Shown: in pieces, positions 35,072-44,163 of the stretch | Position numbering within the stretch: the stretch's first letter is position 1 | How the letters are laid out: every line of letters begins with the position of its first letter | Assembly (NCBI GenBank): GCA_016209035.1 | Contig: JACQWX010000126.1 | Location: forward strand, 16,288 to 80,287 | Reading direction: 5' to 3' | DNA length: 64,000 bases | From: Elusimicrobiota bacterium | GTDB lineage: Bacteria > Elusimicrobiota > Elusimicrobia > UBA1565 > UBA9628 | Notes under the pieces: generated by a model | Database searches by the model: none | The model's input: only the letters and a program-made list of their open reading frames with translations | Told to the model about the DNA's origin: nothing | Translations under genes and position numbers: made by a program

Positions 35072-36148
35072 GTGAAGCGATCTCTCTGTCTCGCCGTGAT
35101 GGCGGCTTTCCTGGCCGCATGCGGCGGAAAAGAGCCGCCGCACCAGCCTGCCGCGAAATCGGAACAGATTCCCGGTGTGCCGACCCGGACGGCGCCTGTT
35201 GTATCGAGAAACGAGCAACCCAATTGGCTCAAGGAACTGAGCCCCGAGGCGCAGAAGGTTTGGCTTGAATCCAAGCACAAACCAGACCTGGGGCCGCAGC
35301 TTGCGGGGTGGCTCGGCACTCGCCCTGCAAAGACTCAGATAGCTTTCATTACGGCACAGGATGGGCAGCCTGACAACGACGCCTACAGGGCCCGTCGCGA
35401 GGCCGAGGACCGCGCCGAGTTCGTTCGCCCTGCGCCCAAGGGGTTTGGACCCGAAGGCCGCAGGAAGATCCGGCTCACGCTCATCCCCAAAAAGGCCATG
35501 ATGAAGACTGGCGAGACCTTCTGGTATCGGCTGGAGCTTCAGAACGTCGGCCGGGAGCCCATCCTGTTCGACGAAAGGTCGTCATTCTGGAAGGTCGGCA
35601 ACGGATTGGGGAAGTGCAGGTTTCGGATCACGCCACCGGGCGGCAAAGAACAACTCGGCCGTCTCTTGGAAGATCTGGACGAGCCCTTTAGGAAGACCAT
35701 CGTGCTGCCGGAACACTTGGCGACCGATGAGGAGAAGCAAAGGTACGCGAGGGACCTGGTGGAGCGGCAAGGATGGGAGAATTCCCGACGATACCATCTT
35801 TACGTCAACCTTCAGCCAGGAGAAACGCTGGTCACCCGGGCATGGCGCTTTGGGACGGAGGACGAACGCCTTGCTCGCATCATGGCCGGCGACGACCCCC
35901 ACCCGCCCATCAGCGGTGATTTCCGTGAATTACCGCTTGAGGAGATTACGTTCGACCAGCCTGGAACTTACAGGATCAAGGTCGTCTACAAGGACCCTCC
36001 CCCCAAGCCACCTACCGAGGCTGAGATTCAGCGCAAGATCAAGCTAGGGTTAGATCGGGAGTATCAAATGCGCTCCTACCAGGAATGGGCTTCTGAATTT
36101 CTGGGTATCGTGGAGTCCAATACGGTCCTTGTCGAGGTCTACAAATGA
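35072..36148 (+). CDS. lipoprotein, function unknown (358 aa), GTG start
   Basis: lipobox VMAAFLAACGG; RBS-like aggtagagg upstream. Confidence 0.55.
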   Translation: MKRSLCLAVMAAFLAACGGKEPPHQPAAKSEQIPGVPTRTAPVVSRNEQPNWLKELSPEAQKVWLESKHKPDLGPQLAGWLGTRPAKTQIAFITAQDGQPDNDAYRARREAEDRAEFVRPAPKGFGPEGRRKIRLTLIPKKAMMKTGETFWYRLELQNVGREPILFDERSSFWKVGNGLGKCRFRITPPGGKEQLGRLLEDLDEPFRKTIVLPEHLATDEEKQRYARDLVERQGWENSRRYHLYVNLQPGETLVTRAWRFGTEDERLARIMAGDDPHPPISGDFRELPLEEITFDQPGTYRIKVVYKDPPPKPPTEAEIQRKIKLGLDREYQMRSYQEWASEFLGIVESNTVLVEVYK

Positions 36149-36172
36149 TGCGGCTAGCTGAACGTAGCCTGG

Positions 36173-36328
36173 GTGAACTGGCGGGCGGAACAACTGGTTC
36201 GGCAGTATAATCCACCCGAGACGCCGCGCCAGCCCGCCGAGCAACAGGGGCCCGAGCCGGAGCAGCGGAACGACCGCATCGACCTGCCCACGCTCGACGA
36301 TATCCTGAGGCGCCTGAACAAGAAGTAG
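36173..36328 (+). CDS. possible small protein (51 aa, GTG start), followed by terminator-like hairpins
   Basis: MNWRAEQLVRQYNPPETPRQPAEQQGPEPEQRNDRIDLPTLDDILRRLNKK; hairpins cccgggaggaaaaacccccgg and atgggccaaagggcccat follow; could be a GC-rich artefact. Confidence 0.2.
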   Translation: MNWRAEQLVRQYNPPETPRQPAEQQGPEPEQRNDRIDLPTLDDILRRLNKK

Positions 36329-36384
36329 GCCCGGGAGGAAAAACCCCCGGATGGGCCAAAGGGCCCATGTGCTGATGGGCCTTC

Positions 36385-36417
36385 AGGCCCTCCACAGGGT
36401 AGGACTTGTGCTATAAT
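36385..36417 (+). promoter_or_regulatory. sigma-70-like promoter with extended -10 (TGcTATAAT at 36409-36417) upstream of the 36479 gene
   Basis: tgtgctataat read directly; the -35 is weak. Confidence 0.4.
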
Positions 36418-36478
36418 CTAACCAGGACGAAAGGACTACCCGGGTGACTCCATCCGCGATCCCGACGGAGGTGCGCCG

Positions 36479-37288
36479 ATGACGAAGTACCCCTCGCGCG
36501 TAGCAATGAGTGCCGTAGCCGCCGTGCTGTTGGCCCTTCCGGCCATGGCCCAGAGCGGCGATTCGCCCTTCACGCCGCTCATGATCAAGGCCGCCAAGCA
36601 AGACCCGAAGTACTTCACCATCGACGAAAAGTCGATCAAGGTGACGCCGATCGGCCCGGCGGCGTCCATCGAGCGCCGGGAAGAGCCGCCTCCCGTCGAG
36701 CCCCCGGTGGACGACTCGAAGGTGGACATCGACCAGATCATCAACATCGTGGAGAAGATCTGGGCCATCATCGAGAAGAACAAGCCGGTGGTCAACATCA
36801 CGACGCAATACGCCAACGCCGTCCCGAAAGGGATCGACCACTGGACCCAGCTCGAGAGCTGGAAGCCGCCGGTCGGGACCGTGTACAACATCGTGGCGAA
36901 GAACGCCTACGGGTCCACGACGGTCAACGTCAAGTTCCAGGTCCTGCGCACCTACGGGGGCAAGTACAAAGGCAAGGGGGCCTACCTCACGGGCGTGACC
37001 GTCGAGCCCCTCCTCGTCGAGGTCGCCTGGGGCTATTCGCTCGACCTCACCGCCGCGGTGCCGGACAGCTCGGTCATCAACGTGGGCACCTCGGAGGACC
37101 CCATCGCCGGGATGATGCCCACTCTGACGATGCGGGTGCGCACCGTGATCAAGGACTCCACGATCAAGATGCTCTATTACCTCCAGGGCGACGGCCTCTT
37201 CAAGGAGATCGGCGGGCCGTTCGACTTCGGGATGAAGGACAAGGTGACCAGGGCCATCGAGCGCGCCTCCGCCGCGCAGTTCGAGTGA
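36479..37288 (+). CDS. secreted hypothetical protein (269 aa)
   Basis: signal peptide MTKYPSRVAMSAVAAVLLALPAMAQ; no recognisable domain. Confidence 0.55.
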   Translation: MTKYPSRVAMSAVAAVLLALPAMAQSGDSPFTPLMIKAAKQDPKYFTIDEKSIKVTPIGPAASIERREEPPPVEPPVDDSKVDIDQIINIVEKIWAIIEKNKPVVNITTQYANAVPKGIDHWTQLESWKPPVGTVYNIVAKNAYGSTTVNVKFQVLRTYGGKYKGKGAYLTGVTVEPLLVEVAWGYSLDLTAAVPDSSVINVGTSEDPIAGMMPTLTMRVRTVIKDSTIKMLYYLQGDGLFKEIGGPFDFGMKDKVTRAIERASAAQFE

Positions 37289-37698
37289 AGGTCGAGGTCA
37301 TCAAGCAGTTCAGCGTCTTCCTGCCGAACCGGCCGGGGGCGTTGAGCCTATTGACCAAGATCTTCGCGGACGAGAAGATCAACATCGTCGGCATCGCCTC
37401 CGAGGTGCGGGACGACTCCGGCGTGGTGCGCGTCGCCGTGGGGGAGGACAAGGACATCTCCTCCATCCTGACGAAGAACGGCTTCTCCAGCGTCGAATCG
37501 AGGCTCCTCTCGATCGAGGCGCCGGACCGGCCCGGCGAGCTGTTCCAGATCGCCAAGTCCCTCGCGGACGCCCGCATCAACATCACCACCGTCTACGGGA
37601 CGGCGCAGGACGGCAGGGCATCGAGGCTCCTGTTCGCGGTGGAGAACACCGAGAAGGCGCGGGCGCTCATCGAGAAGATCGCACCTGGACCTCCTTGA
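37285..37698 (+). CDS. ACT-domain protein (two ACT-like repeats, 137 aa)
   Basis: FSVFLPNRPGALSLLTKIFADEKINIVGIAS... and SIEAPDRPGELFQIAKSLADARINITTV... Confidence 0.7.
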   Translation: MKVEVIKQFSVFLPNRPGALSLLTKIFADEKINIVGIASEVRDDSGVVRVAVGEDKDISSILTKNGFSSVESRLLSIEAPDRPGELFQIAKSLADARINITTVYGTAQDGRASRLLFAVENTEKARALIEKIAPGPP

Positions 37699-37848
37699 AT
37701 CCATTTCGTCTTCCTTAATATAATCCCCCACCGATGCTCCGACGCCGGGAACCTCTTGCCGTCATCCGGTGTCCAAGGCAACGGGACGGCTCTCGCGGCT
37801 TGGGACGATGCCGATCCCCGCGCGCGGCCCTAGGAGGATGCGCCCCCC

Positions 37849-38460
37849 GTGATTAAGATCGTCGTCATCGTCTTGGTGTTCGCCGTCTGCGGGTTCTTCG
37901 CCGCGCGTTCGTTCTTCAGGAAGCCTCCTCCGCCGCCGCCGGTGGTGGAACCGTCTCCTCCCCCGCCGCTCATCACGCCCGAGGAAGAGGCCAAGATCGT
38001 CAAGGCCTCCCGCGACATCGACGCCGACGTGCGCTGGGAGGCGGCGCAGCTCCTCACCAGCCTCAAGTCGCCGTCCGCCAACGCGGTCCTTTTCGAGAGG
38101 CTGCACAAGGACGAGAGCCTCGACGTCCGCCTCAAGATCACCGGCCTCATCAAGACCAAGACGGGGGCCGACGTCGCCGAGAACCTGGTCTTAGCCCTCA
38201 AGGAGCCGGCCAATCCGCCGGAACTGCGCATCGCCGTCCTCCAAGCCTTGGCCGCGGTCGGCGAGATGGGCGTCATCCCCCAGATCACGGATTGCCTCAA
38301 GGACGCCAACGAGCTGGTCCGCAAAGAGGCGCTCAGGACCATCAACAGCCTGAACATCCTGCGCGAGGCCGAGATCAAGAAGGCCGAGATGGAGCGCCTG
38401 CGCCTGGAGGCCGAGAAGGGGACGACGGAAGCGGAGAAGGAAGTCAGGAAGATGAGATAG
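37849..38460 (+). CDS. membrane-anchored HEAT-repeat (PBS-lyase-like) protein, GTG start
   Basis: N-terminal TM IVVIVLVFAVCGFFAA, poly-Pro linker, HEAT motifs DADVRWEAAQLL, DVRLKITGLI, ELRIAVLQALAAVGE, ELVRKEALRTI. Confidence 0.65.
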   Translation: MIKIVVIVLVFAVCGFFAARSFFRKPPPPPPVVEPSPPPPLITPEEEAKIVKASRDIDADVRWEAAQLLTSLKSPSANAVLFERLHKDESLDVRLKITGLIKTKTGADVAENLVLALKEPANPPELRIAVLQALAAVGEMGVIPQITDCLKDANELVRKEALRTINSLNILREAEIKKAEMERLRLEAEKGTTEAEKEVRKMR

Positions 38461-38474
38461 CGCGAGGTGCGCCC

Positions 38475-39464
38475 ATGGAGTTGGGAATCAAGGAGATCAA
38501 CAAGCGAGTCTCGGAGGAGAGCCAGTTCGTCACTGAGATCAAGCGCGAGATCGCCCGCGTCATCGTCGGCCAGGAGGAGATCGTCGACCGCGTCATCGTC
38601 GGTCTCCTGGCCAACGGGCACATCCTCATCGAGGGCGTCCCCGGCCTCGCCAAGACCCTCACGATCAAGACCCTGGCCCAGACGGTGGAGGCGGGCTTCT
38701 CAAGGATCCAGTTCACGCCGGACCTCCTGCCCGCGGACCTCACCGGCACGCTGATTTTCAACCCCAAGGAGTCCGAGTTCACCGTGCGCAAGGGTCCGGT
38801 CTTCTCGAACCTCATTCTCGCCGACGAGATCAACCGGGCGCCGGCCAAGGTCCAGAGCGCGCTCCTCGAGGCCATGCAGGAGCGCCACGTCACCATCGGG
38901 ACCACGACCTATCCCCTGCCCGAGCTCTTCCTCGTGCTCGCGACGCAGAACCCCATCGAGCAGGAGGGGACCTACCCGCTCCCCGAGGCCCAAGTGGACC
39001 GGTTCATGCTGAAGCTCAGGATCACCTACCCCTCCAAGGCCGAGGAGCGCGGCATCCTCGAGCGCATGACGGGCCATGCCGCCCCGTCCGCCCAGAAGGT
39101 CGTCGACCCCAAGGCTATCGTCCGGGCGAGGAAGACCGTCTCCGACATCTACCTCGACGAGAAGATCAAGACCTACATCCTCGACCTGGTCTTCGCCACC
39201 CGCGAGCCCGAGACGCACAAGCTCCCGCGCTTAAAGAAGCTCATCTCCTACGGGGCCAGCCCCCGGGCGACCATCTACCTGGCTCAGGCCGCCAAGGCCT
39301 ACGCCTTCCTGAGCGGCCGGGGCTACGTCACACCCGAGGACATCAAGTCCATAGGGGCCGACGTCCTGCGCCACCGCATCATCCTGAGCTACGAGGCCGA
39401 AGCCGAGAACGTTTCCTCCGAGAACGTCATCCAGAGCATCTTCGAGACGGTGGAGGTCCCGTGA
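38475..39464 (+). CDS. moxR: MoxR-family AAA+ ATPase
   Basis: Walker A GVPGLAKT, LADEINRAPAKVQSALLEAMQE, VLATQNPIEQEGTYPLPEAQVDRF. Confidence 0.9.
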   Translation: MELGIKEINKRVSEESQFVTEIKREIARVIVGQEEIVDRVIVGLLANGHILIEGVPGLAKTLTIKTLAQTVEAGFSRIQFTPDLLPADLTGTLIFNPKESEFTVRKGPVFSNLILADEINRAPAKVQSALLEAMQERHVTIGTTTYPLPELFLVLATQNPIEQEGTYPLPEAQVDRFMLKLRITYPSKAEERGILERMTGHAAPSAQKVVDPKAIVRARKTVSDIYLDEKIKTYILDLVFATREPETHKLPRLKKLISYGASPRATIYLAQAAKAYAFLSGRGYVTPEDIKSIGADVLRHRIILSYEAEAENVSSENVIQSIFETVEVP

Positions 39465-39515
39465 CTCGCTCCAGCGCTTAGCGCTGGAGCGAAAGAATCA
39501 AGGAATGCCACGAGC

Positions 39516-40469
39516 ATGACGCAACGCCCTCCTTCTGAGGACCCGGTCGGGGAAGGCGGCGCCTTCTCCAGCGGGCTCCTCGCCCAAGTCCGCCGCATCG
39601 AGATCATGACGGACCGGCTGGTCACCGAGACCTTCGCGGGGGAGTACCTGAGCGTCTTCAAGGGCCGGGGCATGGAGTTCACCGAGGTCCGCGAGTACTC
39701 GCCCGGCGACGACATCCGCACCATCGACTGGAACGTGACCGCCCGGATGGGCAAGCCCTTCGTCAAGCGGTACACCGAGGAGCGGGAGCTGACCGCGGTC
39801 ATCGCCTGCGACCTCTCGGGCTCCCAGTTCTTCGGCAGCCGCAGCGCCTTGAAGAAGGAAATAGCCGCCGAGATCGCGGCGGTCCTGGCCTTCTCGGCCC
39901 TGCAGAACAACGACAAGGCGGGCCTGTTCCTCTTCACCGACGGCATCGAGGAGTACGTGCCGCCCAAGAAGGGCCGCAAGCACGTGCTCCACATCATCCG
40001 CGACGTCCTGGCCTTCGAGCCGAAGCGCCGGGGGACGAGGATATCCGCCTGCCTCGAGACCATGGTCCGCGTGCTCAAGCGCAGCTCCATCCTCTTCTTG
40101 ATCTCGGATTTCAGGGAGGAGCCGGAGAGCGCGGCGCCGTCCGAGGGCCTCAAGCGGGCGCTCAGGCTCGCCTCCCTCAAGCACGACGTGGTGCCGGTGG
40201 TGATCACCGACCCCCGCGAGAGGGCCCTTCCGCGCTTCCGGGCGTACCTCGGGCTCGACGACCCCGAGAGCGGGGACCGCACCCTCTTCGACGCCTCCGA
40301 CGCCGGGAGCCTCGCCGCGCTCAAGCGCTCGGAGGAGGCGCGCCTCTCGGGGATGGAGAGGCTCTTCAGCGCATTAGGGATCGAGCACATCCGCATCGAC
40401 ACGGACAAGCCCTTCATCGACCCCATCGTGCGCTTCTTCCAGAAGCGGGCGAGGAAGCTGAGGCGTTGA
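39516..40469 (+). CDS. DUF58-domain (VWA-like) protein, partner of MoxR
   Basis: YSPGDDIRTIDWNVTARMGKPFVKRYTEERELT signature of DUF58. Confidence 0.85.
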   Translation: MTQRPPSEDPVGEGGAFSSGLLAQVRRIEIMTDRLVTETFAGEYLSVFKGRGMEFTEVREYSPGDDIRTIDWNVTARMGKPFVKRYTEERELTAVIACDLSGSQFFGSRSALKKEIAAEIAAVLAFSALQNNDKAGLFLFTDGIEEYVPPKKGRKHVLHIIRDVLAFEPKRRGTRISACLETMVRVLKRSSILFLISDFREEPESAAPSEGLKRALRLASLKHDVVPVVITDPRERALPRFRAYLGLDDPESGDRTLFDASDAGSLAALKRSEEARLSGMERLFSALGIEHIRIDTDKPFIDPIVRFFQKRARKLRR

Positions 40470-41419
40470 CGGCGATGAACGCCATCCTCCTCCTGCTCTC
40501 CCTCCCCGTTGCTTCGATGGGCCAGGCCCAGGAAATCTCCTTCGAATTCCACGCCGCCACGACCGCCCGGCTCGGCGTGCCCATGAAGGTGGAGGCGGTG
40601 GTGCGCTCCGCCCCGGGCCTCGAGCTGTTCTGCGACCTCGAGGCCTCCACCACCGACTCCTATTCCATCACGAAGGCCCGGATCACGCGCTCGGGCGCGG
40701 TCGAGCCCGGGGGCTCGGCCGGGCCCCTCGCCGAGCGCGCCTTCGATCTCGAGCTCCTCCCGCTGGATATCGGGGAAATCCCCGTCCGGGTCTTCTGGAC
40801 GGTCCAAGGCCGGGCCCCCTCCGGTTTGCGCCGGGTCGAAAGCCCCGCCTTCACGGTCGAGGTCCCCGAGCCCGACCTCGGGGAAAATCCCCAGCTCAAG
40901 GACATCAAGGAGGTCAGGTCCGCCCGGAGCGCCCTCTGGCCTTGGCTCCTGCTGGCGGCCCTGGCCGCCGCGGGGTACTGCCTCTGGAAGCGGCGCAAGA
41001 CCGCAGGCCCGGCCGCGGCCCCGGACGCGGCGCCCCCCGACACCCGGCCGGCCCATGTCATCGCCCAATCCGAGTTGGACTGGCTCGAGCGCTCGGGCCT
41101 GTGGGAGGAGGGGCGCTACAAGGAGTTCTACATCCGCCTGACCGACACGCTGAGGCAGTACCTCGAGAGGCGCTACGGCCTCCCGGCCATGCAGCTGACC
41201 ACCACCGAGCTCGTCAGCGGCATGCGCGCGATGGAGGTGGAGCGGCGGCTCGGCCAGGCGGTCAAGGACCTCCTCGACCGCGCCGACCTGGCCAAGTTCG
41301 CGCGGTGGAGGCCGGAAACCGGCCAAGGCGCCCAGGAGATCCACGCCGCCCGGGAGATCGTCCAAGCCTCGGCGCCCAAGGACCTGGCCCCCCAGCCGGC
41401 GCAGGCGGCCGCCCCATGA
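40466..41419 (+). CDS. Bat-operon membrane protein (signal peptide, beta-rich ectodomain, TM, DUF4381-like cytoplasmic tail)
   Basis: position between DUF58 and batA; TM LWPWLLLAALAAAGYCLW; tail ...YIRLTDTLRQYLERRYGLPAMQLTTTEL resembles DUF4381. Confidence 0.5.
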   Translation: MTAMNAILLLLSLPVASMGQAQEISFEFHAATTARLGVPMKVEAVVRSAPGLELFCDLEASTTDSYSITKARITRSGAVEPGGSAGPLAERAFDLELLPLDIGEIPVRVFWTVQGRAPSGLRRVESPAFTVEVPEPDLGENPQLKDIKEVRSARSALWPWLLLAALAAAGYCLWKRRKTAGPAAAPDAAPPDTRPAHVIAQSELDWLERSGLWEEGRYKEFYIRLTDTLRQYLERRYGLPAMQLTTTELVSGMRAMEVERRLGQAVKDLLDRADLAKFARWRPETGQGAQEIHAAREIVQASAPKDLAPQPAQAAAP

Positions 41420-42402
41420 CCCTGGCCCATCCCTACCTCCTCCTCCTGGCCGCGGCGGCCCTCGCCGCATGCTGGTGGTACGGCCGAAGCATCGAGCCCC
41501 GGCAGAGCGCCCTCACCTTCCCCCGGATCCGCGCGGAGAAGCCCTCCTGGCGGACGCAAGCCGCCCGGCACCTCTCGCCCGCGCTCAAGACCGCGGTCCT
41601 CGTGCTCATCGCCTTCGGGCTCGCCCGCCCCCAGAAGGTCTCGAGCAGCGCCCAGGGGATCGGGGAGGGCATCGACATCATCCTGCTCCTGGACACCTCG
41701 ACGAGCATGGCCGCCCTGGACTTCCAGCCCGAGAACCGTCTCTACGCGGCCAAGGACACCGCCACCCGGTTCGTCCGCGGGAGGGTCCAGGACCGCATCG
41801 GCCTCGTCATCTTCGGGGGCGCGGCCATGCTCTCCTGCCCGCTCACCCTGGACTACGAAGCCCTCGCCGGCCGAATCGCGGAGCTCGAGCCCGGCATGAC
41901 CCACGCGGACGGCACCGCGATCGGCGACGGCATCGTGACCGGGGTCAACCATATCAAGAACTCCGACGGCAAGAGCAAGGTGCTGATCCTGCTGACCGAC
42001 GGCCGCCACAACACCGGCGTCATCGACCCGCTCACCGCGGCCAAAGTGGCGCGCACCTTCGGGGTCAAGATCTACACCGTCGGCTGCGCCAAGAGGGGGG
42101 AAGCCCTCATGCCGGTCGACGACCCCAAGTTCGGGCGCGTCATGATGCGCATCAAGGACGATCTCGACGAGGACATCCTCACCGAGATCGCCCGCCTGAC
42201 CGATGGCCGGTATTGGCGGGCCACGAGCTTGAGCGAGCTGCGGGAGGTCTACTCCGACATCGACAGGCTCGAGAAGACCAAGGTGAAGCTGCCCGAGGTG
42301 GTGTCCCGGGCGGACCGCTACCACTTCCCCGCGGCCCTCGCGGCCATCCTCCTGATGGCCGAGCTGGCGCTGTGCAGCACCTTCTTCCTGAGGTGGCCAT
42401 GA
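41416..42402 (+). CDS. batA: VWA-domain aerotolerance protein BatA
   Basis: two N-terminal TM helices then the VWA domain with MIDAS-like motif DIILLLDTSTSM; ATGA overlap with the upstream gene. Confidence 0.8.
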   Translation: MTLAHPYLLLLAAAALAACWWYGRSIEPRQSALTFPRIRAEKPSWRTQAARHLSPALKTAVLVLIAFGLARPQKVSSSAQGIGEGIDIILLLDTSTSMAALDFQPENRLYAAKDTATRFVRGRVQDRIGLVIFGGAAMLSCPLTLDYEALAGRIAELEPGMTHADGTAIGDGIVTGVNHIKNSDGKSKVLILLTDGRHNTGVIDPLTAAKVARTFGVKIYTVGCAKRGEALMPVDDPKFGRVMMRIKDDLDEDILTEIARLTDGRYWRATSLSELREVYSDIDRLEKTKVKLPEVVSRADRYHFPAALAAILLMAELALCSTFFLRWP

Positions 42403-42415
42403 GGAGCTTCTCCTG

Positions 42416-43498
42416 ATGTTCCGGAACCCCGTCCATCTCCTCTGGCTCCTGCCCGCCCTGGGCTTGACGGCGGGCTTCTTCTGGCGGGCTGCCGGACGGC
42501 GGAGAGCCCTCACCGAGGCGATGGGGGACCCCGCCACCATCGCCCGCCTCGTCCCTCCGGAAGGCGCCGCCAGGAGGCTCTTGAAGGCCGCGCTCCAGGC
42601 GGCGGGGCTCGCGCTCATCATCGTGGCCCTGGCCGGTCCGCAGTGGGGGATCGAGCTCGTGGAGACCAAGGCTCCCATGCGGCACGTGGTCATCGCCCTG
42701 GACCTCTCCACCTCGATGCTGGCCGAGGACGTCAAGCCGAGCCGCCTGGAGAAGGCCAAGACCGAGCTCTCTCTCCTGCTGGAGGAGCTGCGCGGCAACC
42801 GCGTCGGCATCGTGGCGTTCGCGGGAGAGGCCGCGGTCTTGTGCCCAATCACCATGGACGTGGACGCCGCCAAGCAGGTCCTCGGGACGATGCGGGTGGA
42901 CGCACTCCCGAGGCCGGGCACGGCGGTCTCCAAGGCGATAGGCCTTGCGGCCTCGACTCTGGAGCGCTACCCGGGCGGCAAGGCGATCGTTCTCCTGACC
43001 GACGGGGAGGATACCGCCGGCGGGCCGGCCGCGGTGGAATACGCCGCCCGCCGCGCCGCGGCCGCGGGCATCCAGCTCTACCCCATCGGCATCGGCACGC
43101 CAGAGGGAGAGCCCATCCCGATCAAGGGCGAGGACGGATCGATGTCCGGCTACAAGAAGGACCTCAAGGGGAACACGGTCATCAGCCGCCTGGGCGAGGA
43201 CGCCCTGATGAAGGCCGCAACGGCTTCGGGCGGAGCCTACTACCGAGCCTCCTCGGGCGAGGTCGAGGTGTCCGAGATCGCCTCCAAGGTCGCGGCCCTG
43301 GAGAAGTCCGAGGCCATGCTGAGCCGCAGCCAGCACTACAAGAACAGGTTCATGTTCCCTCTGGCCCTGGCGTTCATCGTCCTGTTGATCGAGATGCTCA
43401 TTCCGGAAACGACCCGGCGCGCTGCGCCGGTCCGTGATGGAATCGTCTATAATAGGGACGGCAAGTCCGAACGTCAAGAAAGCCTCTCTGCATCATGA
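42416..43498 (+). CDS. batB: VWA-domain aerotolerance protein BatB
   Basis: TM helices plus VWA MIDAS motif VVIALDLSTSM, C-terminal TM. Confidence 0.8.
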   Translation: MFRNPVHLLWLLPALGLTAGFFWRAAGRRRALTEAMGDPATIARLVPPEGAARRLLKAALQAAGLALIIVALAGPQWGIELVETKAPMRHVVIALDLSTSMLAEDVKPSRLEKAKTELSLLLEELRGNRVGIVAFAGEAAVLCPITMDVDAAKQVLGTMRVDALPRPGTAVSKAIGLAASTLERYPGGKAIVLLTDGEDTAGGPAAVEYAARRAAAAGIQLYPIGIGTPEGEPIPIKGEDGSMSGYKKDLKGNTVISRLGEDALMKAATASGGAYYRASSGEVEVSEIASKVAALEKSEAMLSRSQHYKNRFMFPLALAFIVLLIEMLIPETTRRAAPVRDGIVYNRDGKSERQESLSAS

Positions 43499-44163
43499 AA
43501 CGAATCCTGCTCCCGGCTTTCTTGACGTTCGTTCTAATCTCCCCCGCCTTCGCCTCCGAGCGCCAGCTTCGCAAGGGCAACCGGCTCTACGGCAAGGAGG
43601 AGTACGTCGAGTCCCTGACCCAGTACTCCCTGGCCTCCAAGGACCAGCCGTCGGACCCGCGGCCCGTCTTCAACGGCGGCAACGCCCTCTACCGGCTCTC
43701 CGAGCTCGACCAGGCAGCCCAGTCCTTCGATTCCCTGACGCAGCCGGGACTCCCGGTGGAGCTTCGGTCCGGAGCCCACTACAACTCGGGCAACGCGAGG
43801 TACCAGCAGGACGACTACAAGGCGGCAGCGCGCGCCTACCGGTCCGCGCTCATCCTCAACCCGGCCGACGAGGACGCCCGTTACAACCTGGCCCTGGCCC
43901 TGCGCAGCCAGAAGAAGCCTCCCCAGCAGTGCCCCAATCCGAAGCAGGACAAGAAGGACCAGGGCGACAAGGACAAAGACAAGCCCCGGCCCGAGCAGGG
44001 GAAGACCCCTGACCCCGCGACCCGGCCCCAGGACCAGATGCCAGGTGAGGACGCCGAGCGCATCATGCGCGCCGCGGCCGAGAAGGAGAAGGCGGTCCGG
44101 TCTCAGATGATGCAGCGGTCTGCCGCCCAGAAGGAGCGGCCGCCGGTCCAGGAGGACTGGTGA
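43495..44163 (+). CDS. batC: TPR-repeat protein BatC
   Basis: signal peptide; TPR motifs (ALYRLSELDQAAQSF, ARYQQDDYKAAARAY); K/D/Q-rich tail. Confidence 0.7.
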   Translation: MKRILLPAFLTFVLISPAFASERQLRKGNRLYGKEEYVESLTQYSLASKDQPSDPRPVFNGGNALYRLSELDQAAQSFDSLTQPGLPVELRSGAHYNSGNARYQQDDYKAAARAYRSALILNPADEDARYNLALALRSQKKPPQQCPNPKQDKKDQGDKDKDKPRPEQGKTPDPATRPQDQMPGEDAERIMRAAAEKEKAVRSQMMQRSAAQKERPPVQEDW